The position numbers and the translations under genes are program-made. A DNA stretch of 61,069 nt from a virus. Lineage: Duplodnaviria; Caudoviricetes. Positions 42,622 to 53,719 of the stretch are shown here, piece by piece. A model generated the notes under the pieces. The model did no database searches. It saw only the letters and a list, made by a program, of their open reading frames with translations, and was not told where the DNA came from. Every line of letters begins with the position of its first letter. Position 1 is the first letter of the stretch. The stretch covers positions 1-61,069 of IMG/VR virus record IMGVR_UViG_3300032315_000228; one strand, written 5' to 3'.

Positions 42622-42769
42622 ACCGGGGCAGGGGTTCTTTGTTCCCTGCCTCGACACCAACGCCATACGCACCGAGGGTCTAAACCAAGCGCTCAAGCAT
42701 AGGATATTTAATGCCAAAGCCACCCCGTGTATACGGGCGGGGCTTATCGGGGTATGGTTTTATCGGTAG
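42581..42769 (+). CDS. Hypothetical protein
   Basis: YPW....GQGFFVP...GVWFYR; last gene of the + arm. Confidence 0.65.
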   Translation: MKRLSIKYPWQKTEPGQGFFVPCLDTNAIRTEGLNQALKHRIFNAKATPCIRAGLIGVWFYR

Positions 42770-45700
42770 CTTGTTCCACAGTTGTGGCGAAACGAATTTT
42801 CAGTTTACGAAGCTCATCCAGTTGTTGGCGTTTTTGCTCAGGTGACGCATTGGATGCTTTGATTGCGTTTTCGTACTGAGTCAACTCACGCATGGTGGTG
42901 GTGTAGTAGTCTGCTATTTCAGCCGCGGCATACTCATTACCGCGTGTGTTCAGCAACTCCATAGCCTCGGCTTTGTAGCCACGGTTCATCAAGCTTTCAA
43001 CAGAGTTTTCAACTTTCTTAAACTCATTCATGCGGTCGTAGACACGGTTGATAATGGCTCCAGCATCGTTGGGCTGGAAGGCGCTGCCCACCACAGGCAT
43101 ATTAGACAAACGCTTGACCGCCGCTTCGGGGCCTTCGCTTTTGGTAAGTCCCAAACCAACAGCCTGAACAAACGCCAAACCCATAGCGCCTGTGTAGCCT
43201 TGCACCAAGCTGTCCAAAATAATCGGTGACACACCTGCTGCGCGTCCAATAGTTTTGGAAACTTCCGAAGTGTTTTCACGGAACTGGTCTTCTGGCAGCA
43301 GCCCTTTTTCTTGCGCAGACAGTATGTCACGGCCTGTATAGAACGACTTACCAAGACCAGCTTCAATAGCTGGGCGCATGGCTTGCGGGATACCGTAGGA
43401 TGTGCCGCCCGGAATCACTTGTTTCAAGATGCTGCTAAATGCTTTGACCGCTTCTTCGCTGCCGTGCTCGTTGACCATAGAGTTATACAAAGCTTCGGGC
43501 AACGCTTTGAAGATGTAGCCAATCTCAAACGGGATGGGTAGGCGCACAGCTTCTTCCACGCCGGGCACACGGATAAACCAGTTGCCGTACTTCTGCTCTG
43601 GGGTGGCGTTCTTGTAAGCTTCGTCATCCTGCATCATGGCGGCATATGCCAGCGTACCAGCGGCAATCATGCCTCCACGCAACAGTATCTTTTTCTGAAT
43701 CTTTAACTTCTCGTTGAATGGCAGCTTGCCAGTCATGGCCTTGTACAAAACATTTAAGCCTTGAATCTGCGCGTTAAAGAACGGAATCAGTGAGTTAGCC
43801 ATGTGGACGCTAGGAGATGCGCCGCGCTTGTTAAAGTTCATAGACTCCAACGACATCAGCGTAGCTTCCATCTCAGACAAGCCTTGGTTGATGTAGCTGT
43901 TGTACTGAGCACGGCGGGTTGTTGCATCCGCTTCCATGTTGATAGCTTCGAGCTTACCAAACGCTTGCACCCAACCACTCTTGTCGTCTGCAATATCTCG
44001 CAGAATCTTAGAAATGTCTTCGCTAGAACCTGTGAATATCTGACCACCTGTGATGCCTCGGCGCTCAAGCGTCTCTTTAGTAGCTGACTTACCCAACTGT
44101 CTAAGCGCACCAATAACCGGCACGAAGTCCGCACCGACAAGGATGGGCGCTGCCAAAGAGTCACGGAACAACTGTCTAGCTGCGTACAACGGCGATGCTG
44201 TAACGGCTTTACGCAAGAACGTAGCAGGCATACCGAGCAGACGGAACATACCAGGCATCTGTGTGGGGATACCTTCCATGCCTTTGACCAATACCTCAGC
44301 AGGCACACCGGCATCATCGGTGTTGATAACCGCAAAGCGGTCTTCGCCGTCCACCTTGAAGCGCACAATATCGGGGCCAGCCATCTTACTCTTACCAATC
44401 TTGGCCAAGTCCATGTTGGCCAACTCAATGACTGCGTTCTTGGTTGAGATGTTGCGCAAGCCCATGTCCACCAGCATGTTGGTGTTCTGTACCGAGCTAG
44501 TCATGAAGTCAAGGATGGGACGGTCGCCGCCAACAAGCTCTTGCAAGTAGGGCTGCTCGGCAATGTTGCCGATCTTGATGGGGGACTCGCTACCAATAAC
44601 CAACTCTGCCGTGCCATTGCGTTGGCGATACCAAGGGATGTAGTCGTTGTTCTTTGTAAGAGCAGCAGCCGTTTCCTTTGAGATAGCGCCAGTCTGGGCA
44701 AGGAAGTTCATCATGTCCTTGTTGTACTGGTTGTACTCAGCACGGGCTGCATCAAAGATTTTTTTAACCTCTGGGTTGTTATCCACAGACGCTTTGGCTT
44801 GTTTAAGTTCAGCGGCGGTCAAATCTTCACCAAAGTGCAGTGCGGCAAAGCCTTTATCTTCAGCACGGATGGCAGACATGTACATAGTAAACAAGCGGTT
44901 TACAGCTTCGCCGTTGCCCACCATTGGGTTGGCTTGCTTGAGAATCTGCACCACGTTCTTGATGCTGGCTCCGCCACCGGCCTCGATGATGCGCTCGATG
45001 CTGCCGTCTTTGCGGGTCTTCTCAACAATTTGCAAAGCACCGTTATCAACAGCCTGAGATACAAAATTCATGCGCTGGTCGTACATGCGCAAGTAGTACA
45101 GCATCTGTGTGCCAACCAGCGGCTTCATGATCTTGGCCAAACGCTCAAAGCCTGCGAAGCGGTCAACAAACTGCGTTTCAAAAGTCAAGCCGGTGGAGTT
45201 AGCCTGTACCTTATCGTAGAACGTGCGGTTCTTGGCTACAAACTTGTCAGTCACAGCGCCAGCAGAAGCAAACTCTGGGTTAACATATTTAGCTTTTGTG
45301 CGGAACAGAACTTCGCCGGGAGCGTATTCGCCTGCCACAACATTTGGGCGCTTGCCCTCAATCACGTACTGGCGTGCGTCAGCAACAATTCGGCGAACAT
45401 CGTTGTCGCTAATATTCTTGATACCCGTGCTACTGAACCACGCTTTGATAGCGTCAAAGATTTTGCGCAGAGCACTGCGAGTGTCTGGGGTAGGCTCGGC
45501 ACCGGTCTCGGCCATGTCAGCCAAGACTTCCTCAACTGCTGTGTTGCGGTCAAGGTTTGGTTCTTTGCTTAGCTTGGCATCCGCAAGTTTACGAACTGTC
45601 TTGTTGCCGGTGTAAAGCTCGGCCATAGTCTTGCTGTAGTTGCCGCCCAGTATTTCTTGCAAGCCAAAGTGACCAGCTATTTCGTGCGCTATGGTCAATG

Positions 45701-48700
45701 CCACATCATTAGCGTCTTGCAAGTTGTCAGCAACCAAGTACACAGTTTTAGTGTTTGGGTCATACAAGCCGGGAATCAAGCCAGTTTTCTCATCACGCTC
45801 AGCTTGTTCTCTGATTCTGTCTGGCAGACCAGACTCATTGGCTACAACTTTAATTGGGGGTTTAATAACCCAGTCCGCTGTGATGCGTTCAGCTAAGCGT
45901 TTAACGTCCTCGACGCTACTGCCGCCACCCGCCGTAGCAGTTCTGAACTTTGCCGCCTTAGCGTTAATACCGGATGGATAAAATTTTGTTTTTTGGTCAA
46001 CGAACGCCTGCTCAAAAGCGTTAAGTGGTTTACCGCTTGCTCTTTTTTGAAGCAACGCATCCACGCGTTCTTTGTCTTGCTTGGTCAACTCTGCTTGGCC
46101 AATGCCTCTACCTGAATAAACAGTCTTCTCAGCTTTGCTCGCTTTTTGAACTTCTGAGCGCGTCAGCTTTTCGCCGCTGGTTGTTGGGGCGTTAGCACGC
46201 TTAGCGGCTTCAGCATTTTGTTCTTTCTGAAGGGCCGCAGCAACCGCTCTCTTTTGCGCGGGGCTTTTTCTAATCTCACCTTTTGATGGCCGCTCTTCAG
46301 GAATACGTACCTGATTATTGTTAATTTTTTCTTCAAGGATTTGTTCTTTTTGGTAGAACGCCGACAACTCTTTGATGTCCTGCGCCATACCTTTCCAAGT
46401 CACAGGTTTGGAGGTAAGTTCCGTGACGGCCTTGTCGTAAGCATTCTCTGCTTCTTCCAGCTTGGGAATTATTTCAGAACGTTCGTCCGCAGACTTAGCG
46501 TCTTTGTACTGTTTATCCAGCTTATTGCGTGCTTCCAACAAGCCTTGTACTTCTTTCATCCGCGCTTCTTCGGATGTCTTCTGTGATTCTTGCAGACGTT
46601 TTTCAATTGTTGTTATGCTGCTGCGGTAACCGCCAAGAACTTTAAGCGGGTTCTTCTTGATATCTACTTGCTCGGCCACAGACAGAACAGGTTTGCCCAA
46701 AGCCCTAGAAGCGCGTTTGGCTTCGGATATGGCAGGGTACTCTTGGCCTCTGGCCTCTTCGCCGTACATAGACTCAAGGCGCTTTTGATTTTCTTTACTA
46801 AGATCAATACGCTCTTGCACAGATTTGGCTTGAGCAATTGCCTCTGCTGTGCGTCTGGCACGGGCAGCTTCTTCTGTTTGCTTTGCCACAACTTTGCCAG
46901 CTTCGCTTTCAATAACACCAGCGGCACGTTGAGCATCCAGTAAGTTTTGTTTTGCTTCAGCAAGCGCTTCTTTTGATACGCGTTGGGGATTCAGCCTAGC
47001 CAAAGTAATCTTGGCGGCTTCTACTTTCATCTGCGCTTCAAGCGTATTCAGTGCACCGTTTAATTCTGCGGACTCGATAGACAAGTCATGTAATTTTGAT
47101 TCAACGGTATTGAGATCTACCAAGAAAGGAAGTTCAACCGTATCCCCTAATGCGCGACCTTCATTTATCAGATCAGTGCGAAGCTTTTGCAGTTCATCCA
47201 AACGCCCTTGCAACTCCATGCGCTCAATAACACGGTCAGTCATGACAGCGCGAATCTGATTTATGTCCCTGCGTTGCTTACCGACATCGCGGTTTAGCTG
47301 GATAGTGCGTGCAGCATCTGAATAGTCAAGACGGATTTTCTCCATCTCTTTGGCTTTGGCTTCCAGTTCTTTAATCTTGACTTTTAGTTCAGCAAGCTTG
47401 GCTCGGTCAAGGGCTTCTTGGTCAGTACGCAAGGCTTTACGCAGCTTATTGACAAACGGGCTACGCATGAAACGCTCAAACGCTGCACGGTCAGGCTTGA
47501 TGTAGCCAAGTTTCTTCTCTTCGTCGGGGAACAACCCAAGTTGACCAGCTTGCGCCTCGGCTGCGCCACGTTCTCTTGCTTCCAACAACGGTGTAATTTC
47601 TTCTTCCAAAGACAAGGGCTGTGCTTTTGCACTTGGGCCACGCAGTGTTTCTTTGGTAATGTCGGATACGCGCTTGCCAACTGCGGTTTCTCCGATAGGG
47701 AATCCTTGCAGTGTTGTTGGCTTCGGTGCACCTGCTCTGGCACGGCCTTCTTCGCCGCGCTCAATCTTGGCCAACTGCTTATCAAGCAGGGACAGCACGC
47801 CTTGGTTGTCTGTCCGTGGCAGTACGTTTTCAGCACGGCGCAAGAACGCATATGTGTCGTCAGTCAGTCCGGGCTGTGCAAGAGCGCTGGCAATACGCTG
47901 TGCAATATCTTCTGAGGTATTAGGTCGAACCGGCTCGCCTTGGCGTGCAAATAAACGGAACCCCTCACTTGGGGCTTTCTGAACTTTTGGCGGGGTAGTA
48001 TCGACTTCAGGCGCGGTATAGATTAACTCGCCTTGATCTCCGGGCTTAGCGCCGCGCAGTGTTTGCTGCATCTGTCCCATTGCGGCTGAACCTTCTGGCC
48101 CAGCTTCGCCACCTTGAGTGGGGATCTCAATGCCCATTTCTGGGCCTTCACCTTTGCGGCCTGCGATCCGCTGTATACCTTGGATTTCTGGGCGGATCTT
48201 CTGTTGGTACTCTTCTTCCAGCGCTTTGCGACGTGCTTCTTGGGCAGCAGTTAATCGTGCTGCAAACTCAGGCTGTGTCTCAGATACCTGCTCTTTGGTC
48301 GCTCTGCCAAAATCAAGACGTAGTTGAGCTGGCGCGGCTGTTTTTGCCCTCTCTTGCAGCGCTTCAATCTCTGCAATAAGCTTGTCAGCTTTTACGGGGT
48401 CATAACCCTCGCCGCCTAAACTCTTAAGCTGTGCTTGCTTTTTCTCAATCTTGCCTGTGATGCCATCAAGTGACTCTGCCTTTTCATCAGGCCCTAATTT
48501 TTCAAGTTGGCTATTTATATAGTTTTGCTCAGTGGCAAGCATCTCTCTGCGTGGGCGCAGTTGTTTTATCAGGTCAATGTTGCCTTGCGCAGCCGCCTCA
48601 GACTCTTGGCGTTGATGGACATCCATCAACTGCGCCAACTCTTGCTGCTTTTGCATGAACTCAGAACGCTTGGCAGCTATATCTTCTGCTGGCTTTGGCG

Positions 48701-50129
48701 CTACATTTTCTGTCTCCATCGGCTCAAGGCCGGGGATTGTTTGCTGTACGCCGGGTTGCTGATTCATTGCCTGCAACTCAAGCGCAATAGCTTTTTGCTT
48801 GTCGTCTTCGGCTTTCTGTCTGTCAATATTTTCTTGCTGCTTCTTCAACTGAGCGCGGATACCAGCCGTTTGCTGGTAGTCGGCCATAGTCTGCTTGTAC
48901 TCATCAGACTTTTTAAAGTTTTTAAGCGCAGTTTGCGCCGCATTTCGCGCTTCTATTCCAGCCAAATCGGTAGGGTCAACTTTGCTTTTGGCCTGTTCAC
49001 GCAAAGTAGCAAACTGTTGTTGCAAGTCGTTGTACTTGGCTTCAGCTTCCAACGCAAACTCAGGTGACTCACGAAGTAATTTTTCTGCGGCAGCTTGTTC
49101 AGCAGTAGCGGCTTCCTGTGCGGCACGGTCTTTCTCTTCTTGCTCCATCGCCTCCATACGCTTCTTGCGTATGTCCAAGGCTTGCTCTTGTTCAACTTGT
49201 TGGCGTGCGCCGCCAACTTCAGACATCCTACCCACAGCACCGATTGGCCCAAGCAGTCCAGCTTGATATGCAGTTTCGCCGTATTCTTTTAACGCATCTG
49301 GGCTACTAAGGGGTAACCCTGCTTGCGCCCGTTGAATAATCTGCTGCGTAATTTCAGTAGGAAGCTCAAGTGCCGCGCCAGTCGCAGTACCTTTGGCAAT
49401 TGTGGCCAGTATTCTTTCGTCAGCCAGCTTAGTGGCTTGTTCGGATGTACGACCGAGAAGCGTCTCAACAGGAAGGCCCGTCAGTTTGCTGACCAGTCTG
49501 CCGCCCAAGGGAATGAAGGTACTTGCGACATCAAGCGCGGTTTGGGGAGCGGCTGCTAGAGCAGCTTTACCTGTACTTACTTGTTGGCCTTCTGCTGCTT
49601 GGCGTTCTACGTTACCGCCCAACTGTTGCAAAAATGAGGGCGCAACTAAGCCGACACCACCACCAACAACTGAACCCACAGGCCCAAATGGTGAGCCTGC
49701 CAAAGCGCCCAGACGAGCGCCACCAACAGACGTAGCTAAGTTGGGTAACTGTTCTGAAATTGCGTAGGGTACTTGGCTGATGGCTTCGCCAGCCGCAGAC
49801 AACAAACCTTTATCTGCGTAGGCTTGCTTAACTTTCTCGAGACTTACTTGGTCAGCATAGCGTTTGCCAATGTCTTCGCCGCGTTCTAAACCGGCCCTAG
49901 CTGCTTCTTCTCCAGAGCCAAGCAGTGAACCAAGACCCGAGCGTAGCTGGGAGAAAGTAGACTCCGCACCTTTTTCAAGGCCAGCAATCAAACCTTCCTT
50001 GGGTTTCTGTTGGGGTTGTTCGGCTAGATGTTGCTGAAGAAACGCGATGACTTGTTCATCAGAAGCGCCTTCAGGGCCCTGTACGTCGTAGATTCGCCCA
50101 TCGGGGCCTTTAACGCTATATATGGGCAT
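42744..50129 (-). CDS. Large internal virion/ejection (polyvalent-type) protein, 2461 aa, with a zincin-like HExxxH domain and an LPD38-like C-terminus
   Basis: GLYDP...AHEIAGHFGL...EEVLA; IPFFNAQIQG, RLPIPFEIG; long coiled coils. Confidence 0.75.
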   Translation of the reverse strand: MPIYSVKGPDGRIYDVQGPEGASDEQVIAFLQQHLAEQPQQKPKEGLIAGLEKGAESTFSQLRSGLGSLLGSGEEAARAGLERGEDIGKRYADQVSLEKVKQAYADKGLLSAAGEAISQVPYAISEQLPNLATSVGGARLGALAGSPFGPVGSVVGGGVGLVAPSFLQQLGGNVERQAAEGQQVSTGKAALAAAPQTALDVASTFIPLGGRLVSKLTGLPVETLLGRTSEQATKLADERILATIAKGTATGAALELPTEITQQIIQRAQAGLPLSSPDALKEYGETAYQAGLLGPIGAVGRMSEVGGARQQVEQEQALDIRKKRMEAMEQEEKDRAAQEAATAEQAAAEKLLRESPEFALEAEAKYNDLQQQFATLREQAKSKVDPTDLAGIEARNAAQTALKNFKKSDEYKQTMADYQQTAGIRAQLKKQQENIDRQKAEDDKQKAIALELQAMNQQPGVQQTIPGLEPMETENVAPKPAEDIAAKRSEFMQKQQELAQLMDVHQRQESEAAAQGNIDLIKQLRPRREMLATEQNYINSQLEKLGPDEKAESLDGITGKIEKKQAQLKSLGGEGYDPVKADKLIAEIEALQERAKTAAPAQLRLDFGRATKEQVSETQPEFAARLTAAQEARRKALEEEYQQKIRPEIQGIQRIAGRKGEGPEMGIEIPTQGGEAGPEGSAAMGQMQQTLRGAKPGDQGELIYTAPEVDTTPPKVQKAPSEGFRLFARQGEPVRPNTSEDIAQRIASALAQPGLTDDTYAFLRRAENVLPRTDNQGVLSLLDKQLAKIERGEEGRARAGAPKPTTLQGFPIGETAVGKRVSDITKETLRGPSAKAQPLSLEEEITPLLEARERGAAEAQAGQLGLFPDEEKKLGYIKPDRAAFERFMRSPFVNKLRKALRTDQEALDRAKLAELKVKIKELEAKAKEMEKIRLDYSDAARTIQLNRDVGKQRRDINQIRAVMTDRVIERMELQGRLDELQKLRTDLINEGRALGDTVELPFLVDLNTVESKLHDLSIESAELNGALNTLEAQMKVEAAKITLARLNPQRVSKEALAEAKQNLLDAQRAAGVIESEAGKVVAKQTEEAARARRTAEAIAQAKSVQERIDLSKENQKRLESMYGEEARGQEYPAISEAKRASRALGKPVLSVAEQVDIKKNPLKVLGGYRSSITTIEKRLQESQKTSEEARMKEVQGLLEARNKLDKQYKDAKSADERSEIIPKLEEAENAYDKAVTELTSKPVTWKGMAQDIKELSAFYQKEQILEEKINNNQVRIPEERPSKGEIRKSPAQKRAVAAALQKEQNAEAAKRANAPTTSGEKLTRSEVQKASKAEKTVYSGRGIGQAELTKQDKERVDALLQKRASGKPLNAFEQAFVDQKTKFYPSGINAKAAKFRTATAGGGSSVEDVKRLAERITADWVIKPPIKVVANESGLPDRIREQAERDEKTGLIPGLYDPNTKTVYLVADNLQDANDVALTIAHEIAGHFGLQEILGGNYSKTMAELYTGNKTVRKLADAKLSKEPNLDRNTAVEEVLADMAETGAEPTPDTRSALRKIFDAIKAWFSSTGIKNISDNDVRRIVADARQYVIEGKRPNVVAGEYAPGEVLFRTKAKYVNPEFASAGAVTDKFVAKNRTFYDKVQANSTGLTFETQFVDRFAGFERLAKIMKPLVGTQMLYYLRMYDQRMNFVSQAVDNGALQIVEKTRKDGSIERIIEAGGGASIKNVVQILKQANPMVGNGEAVNRLFTMYMSAIRAEDKGFAALHFGEDLTAAELKQAKASVDNNPEVKKIFDAARAEYNQYNKDMMNFLAQTGAISKETAAALTKNNDYIPWYRQRNGTAELVIGSESPIKIGNIAEQPYLQELVGGDRPILDFMTSSVQNTNMLVDMGLRNISTKNAVIELANMDLAKIGKSKMAGPDIVRFKVDGEDRFAVINTDDAGVPAEVLVKGMEGIPTQMPGMFRLLGMPATFLRKAVTASPLYAARQLFRDSLAAPILVGADFVPVIGALRQLGKSATKETLERRGITGGQIFTGSSEDISKILRDIADDKSGWVQAFGKLEAINMEADATTRRAQYNSYINQGLSEMEATLMSLESMNFNKRGASPSVHMANSLIPFFNAQIQGLNVLYKAMTGKLPFNEKLKIQKKILLRGGMIAAGTLAYAAMMQDDEAYKNATPEQKYGNWFIRVPGVEEAVRLPIPFEIGYIFKALPEALYNSMVNEHGSEEAVKAFSSILKQVIPGGTSYGIPQAMRPAIEAGLGKSFYTGRDILSAQEKGLLPEDQFRENTSEVSKTIGRAAGVSPIILDSLVQGYTGAMGLAFVQAVGLGLTKSEGPEAAVKRLSNMPVVGSAFQPNDAGAIINRVYDRMNEFKKVENSVESLMNRGYKAEAMELLNTRGNEYAAAEIADYYTTTMRELTQYENAIKASNASPEQKRQQLDELRKLKIRFATTVEQATDKTIPR

Positions 50130-50146
50130 CGCTGCACATCCTAATT

Positions 50147-52369
50147 TTAACCGGGGCGTGACCCCACAACAGAAAATCCTCCGGCTGGGGCCGGAGTTCC
50201 CGCCGTCATTGTAGGCGTAATTCCATAAGATTGGTACGCTTCCATGCGATATTTATTTCGCATTTGTTCATACAAGTCGGGGGACTGAAGCAACGCCATT
50301 TTGTTGTTTTTAGCCCAAGCTTCTACAGCATCTAGCGCGGCTTTTTCTGCTAACGCCACGTTGTTTTTATCTTTGGCACCACGTTCATAAAAAGCAGCTT
50401 CGGCAAGCGCTTTCTTACCCATCGCTTTGCGATATTCAGATTCAGACATTCTGTTTTCGCGTTCGGATTTAGACTTTTCCTCCGCCTGTTGCATAGCCAG
50501 CGTACCCAATCCCGCTTCGCCAATATTGGTAAGCATGTTGGGAGACTTGCCCGCCATGAGTTGTAAGCCCAGTTGTAGCATCAGCCTGTTCATATCCAAG
50601 CCGCCTGTTTTTTCTTCGGGCGCGGCAGTAACAGTTTCTGGTGCAATTTCTGGTTTGGCTACTTGGACACCTTCCGTTTTGTTCTGTTGACCAATTTCAA
50701 ACTGTCGGAAGGCAGAATTTAAGTCGGACACACCACCTTGAGGCGTTTCAAATTCAATTTCAGGCTCAGTAGGCGCTATTGCTGCCAGCCCTTCTCCGGT
50801 TTGCACAGCAGTTTTTGTGTCGGTAGCAGCACGGGCGCGGTTCATCAATCTGGCGGCTTCGTCAGATTCACGCAAGTATGAAGCTTGTTGCAAGCGCTCC
50901 GCCATACTTGGCAGCTTCGCGGTTTCTTGGGCTGTACGTGCCGCCGCTTGGCTGGCGACAAGTTGATCCGCTGCTTGGTTGGCCAAACGTGCTTTTTCCA
51001 AATTTGCCGCGCTTTGAACCGTAGCTTCCCCTGCTTGTGTGACGGGAATTACTTGACTGCCTTGTTCAAGGACTTGGGCAGGAGGTGTTAAGCGTGGGGG
51101 TAGCTGTGCAGTTTGTGCAAGTCTTGCCGCTTCAGTTTCGGCTCTGAGTGCGGCAATTTGTTTCTCCGTCATACCCGCAGCAGGTACGAACTTTTCGTAT
51201 ATTTTTTCGCCTAGAGCAGCAAGTCCAGAGGATTTTGCCGCTTTTGGTAGTGCTGTCACTGGTGCCAACGGCGTTGGAGCCATTAGCGTATTGGAGATAT
51301 TGCGCTGTGTTTCTTGCGATAAACCCAGTCTGTCAGCGAGATTGCCAAAGAACGTACTCTCATCTCTTGCTGCGGGAGCCTGCACAGATTGACCGGGGAT
51401 TTGATTGATAGCGTTGTTACCGGTTAACGCAGTAATACCCGCATCTCTAGTAGGAGGTGCTTGCACAGATTGACTGGGGATTTGATTTATGGCGGGGTTA
51501 GTAGCGGCGGCTGTTGCAGTGCCAACAAAAGGAATCATAGAAGGCATACGTGCAGCTACTTGTTTCCCGTACTGAAAGGTTGTTTGTCCCTTATCTTCAG
51601 CAGAAGCAACGGCCTCCCCCTTTTGCGCTTTAGCAAGTCCTCCCGGGCCACCATAATAGTAAGCACCTGCTAACACAGGGTCTCCGCCTGATTTCTGCCA
51701 GCCTGTTGAAGCGTAACGAATGCCAGCCCGCATGTTTTCAAACGGATCAGCGCGGTCTTTTAATTCGGCGCCCTTACTTGAAACGTCCGTCCAAGCACCT
51801 TTAGTAACTTGCATAGGCCCCATTGCACCGGACTTATCGCGGGTGGGGGCGTTCAACGCTTGATCGGATTCTTGTGCATGAACAGATTTTAAAAATGCGC
51901 GTTGTGCGGGATCTTTAATGCCTTCAGCATCAAGCGCTTTTTCAAACATTTCGGGGCCGCCCTCAAATTGATACCCCTTCAACTGTTTATATTTTTTCTT
52001 TACGCCGGTAAACACGCCCTCAGCATACCCCGGTACTTCACCGCCATCATCAAACGCAACAATGCCGCCACCTGCCATGTTTTGCATATTGGGTGCGGGG
52101 AGCATAGCGATGCCTTGATCTTCGGGCATGGGCTGAGCCATCTCTTGCAAGTTCTGGTCAACTACCTTGGGCGCTGGGGGCGCTTGGGTGTTCTGCGCAG
52201 CACGCATTTGCTTACGGGTATTTGATTCTTGGAACGCCATAGGGAAGATGTACGGGTCGTTCTTGTGCATCTGGGCGTACTGAATCAACTGCTGATCCGG
52301 CATCATGCGCAACTGCGCCATGAGCTTGCTGGGGTTCGGTGCTGTGGGGTTTGAGATTGGGGCAACCAT
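50147..52369 (-). CDS. Internal virion protein with a lytic transglycosylase (SLT-like) domain
   Basis: AQES...SGAMGPMQV...DPFENMRAGIRY...AYYYGGPG. Confidence 0.8.
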   Translation of the reverse strand: MVAPISNPTAPNPSKLMAQLRMMPDQQLIQYAQMHKNDPYIFPMAFQESNTRKQMRAAQNTQAPPAPKVVDQNLQEMAQPMPEDQGIAMLPAPNMQNMAGGGIVAFDDGGEVPGYAEGVFTGVKKKYKQLKGYQFEGGPEMFEKALDAEGIKDPAQRAFLKSVHAQESDQALNAPTRDKSGAMGPMQVTKGAWTDVSSKGAELKDRADPFENMRAGIRYASTGWQKSGGDPVLAGAYYYGGPGGLAKAQKGEAVASAEDKGQTTFQYGKQVAARMPSMIPFVGTATAAATNPAINQIPSQSVQAPPTRDAGITALTGNNAINQIPGQSVQAPAARDESTFFGNLADRLGLSQETQRNISNTLMAPTPLAPVTALPKAAKSSGLAALGEKIYEKFVPAAGMTEKQIAALRAETEAARLAQTAQLPPRLTPPAQVLEQGSQVIPVTQAGEATVQSAANLEKARLANQAADQLVASQAAARTAQETAKLPSMAERLQQASYLRESDEAARLMNRARAATDTKTAVQTGEGLAAIAPTEPEIEFETPQGGVSDLNSAFRQFEIGQQNKTEGVQVAKPEIAPETVTAAPEEKTGGLDMNRLMLQLGLQLMAGKSPNMLTNIGEAGLGTLAMQQAEEKSKSERENRMSESEYRKAMGKKALAEAAFYERGAKDKNNVALAEKAALDAVEAWAKNNKMALLQSPDLYEQMRNKYRMEAYQSYGITPTMTAGTPAPAGGFSVVGSRPG

Positions 52370-52378
52370 GATTGTTCC

Positions 52379-53719
52379 TTATTGCATTTTCAGCAGTGCC
52401 AACTCAGCTAATCCGGCGGGGCGTTTCTTTTCTTTGATTCGACCACCTTTGGCTTTACCTATGCCTGCAATACCAGCGGCAGTCAGACCCAAACCTCCAA
52501 GCTGTGAAAGTGGGTTAGGCTGGGCTTGATAGCCTTGCACGGTAGTTGACTGCATAGGCATACCACGCAACAAGTTGCTCATGTTGCTCAACTGCATCAT
52601 GGGGTACTGCTGCGCCGTAGCGTAGTTCTGAATCTGCTGGTTTAGGATTGCTTGTTGTTGCTGTTGTTGTTGTGAACCCATCTGGTTCTGCAACTTGTTG
52701 ATGTCCATACCCTGTTGGAACTCTTGACCACCTAACTGACCAAGTTGGCTTGCACCTTGTAAAGCGGTTTGGAGCCCCTGCATACCAAGACCCGCGCCGT
52801 ATTGACGAGATTGCTCGCCTAATTGCTGGCCTTGCATACGTAAACCAGCGCCATACTGACGAGATTGCTCGCCCGTTTGCTGGGCTTGCATACGACGAGC
52901 TTGGTCGGCATTGAATTGCTGCTGAGCCTGTTGAAACGCGGCATTCGAGCCTTGGGCCTGAATGTCCCCCATCTGCTGACCAAGATTACGCTCACGCTCT
53001 GCACGCATGATGGCATCGCGACCGCCACCAAAAGCACCGGCTTGGGTGGCTTGGGCTTGTTGTTGTGTACCTTGAATCGCAGACTGCCTAGCGGCTTCAC
53101 GTTTACCAATATCAGTAACACTTTGCTGATAGGGGTTCATGTAAAAGTCGGCTGCACCCTGATTAAACGTACCACCAGAGAACCTCCCGGGTTGGTAACT
53201 AGCAGCAGCAGAGAATTCTCCGGGCCTATAGTTAGTACCTAAACCGCCTATACCTGCGGCAAGGGCTAAGTCCGTGGCAGTTCCCAGTTGTTGGGACGGC
53301 TGCATGTTAGCAGCGCCCTGAAACGACTGTTCTTGCAGAGGAGAGAACCCCGCAAAATACTTGCTGGGGTCTTCACTAAAAGGTTTGTAACCTTTCAGGC
53401 CTTTTGGCACCATAGCGCCTTCCGTCCCCGGTATTAATCTTTTTTCAGTTCCAATTTGTACTCCGGGTGTACTACCACGATACCCGGTTGCCGGGCCATA
53501 GATAGGAACATCCTCGTATTGAGCTTCTGATGGCCCATATTCAAAAAGCTCCTGTTGTGCCGAGCCCAACATGGTCTCTACATAGGGGCGTGCATATTCA
53601 GGGATGTTTGTGTTGTATGAAGTGCTTGTTTGCGACCCCCCACCACCACCGCTGTCGCCTCCGCCGCCCATGTACCCGCTCAAAGGCAAAAGCTTGCGTC
53701 TCATGTCTAATATATTCAT
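52379..53719 (-). CDS. Internal virion / DNA-transfer protein
   Basis: Gln/Gly-rich; YMNPYQQSV, AGAFGGGR; ejection module. Confidence 0.7.
   Translation of the reverse strand: MNILDMRRKLLPLSGYMGGGGDSGGGGGSQTSTSYNTNIPEYARPYVETMLGSAQQELFEYGPSEAQYEDVPIYGPATGYRGSTPGVQIGTEKRLIPGTEGAMVPKGLKGYKPFSEDPSKYFAGFSPLQEQSFQGAANMQPSQQLGTATDLALAAGIGGLGTNYRPGEFSAAASYQPGRFSGGTFNQGAADFYMNPYQQSVTDIGKREAARQSAIQGTQQQAQATQAGAFGGGRDAIMRAERERNLGQQMGDIQAQGSNAAFQQAQQQFNADQARRMQAQQTGEQSRQYGAGLRMQGQQLGEQSRQYGAGLGMQGLQTALQGASQLGQLGGQEFQQGMDINKLQNQMGSQQQQQQQAILNQQIQNYATAQQYPMMQLSNMSNLLRGMPMQSTTVQGYQAQPNPLSQLGGLGLTAAGIAGIGKAKGGRIKEKKRPAGLAELALLKMQ

Noticed and set aside
51365-52885. Short internal peptide duplications (AINQIPxQSVQAP twice; GEQSRQYGAGL twice)
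   Set aside because: Ordinary low-complexity duplications in ejection proteins
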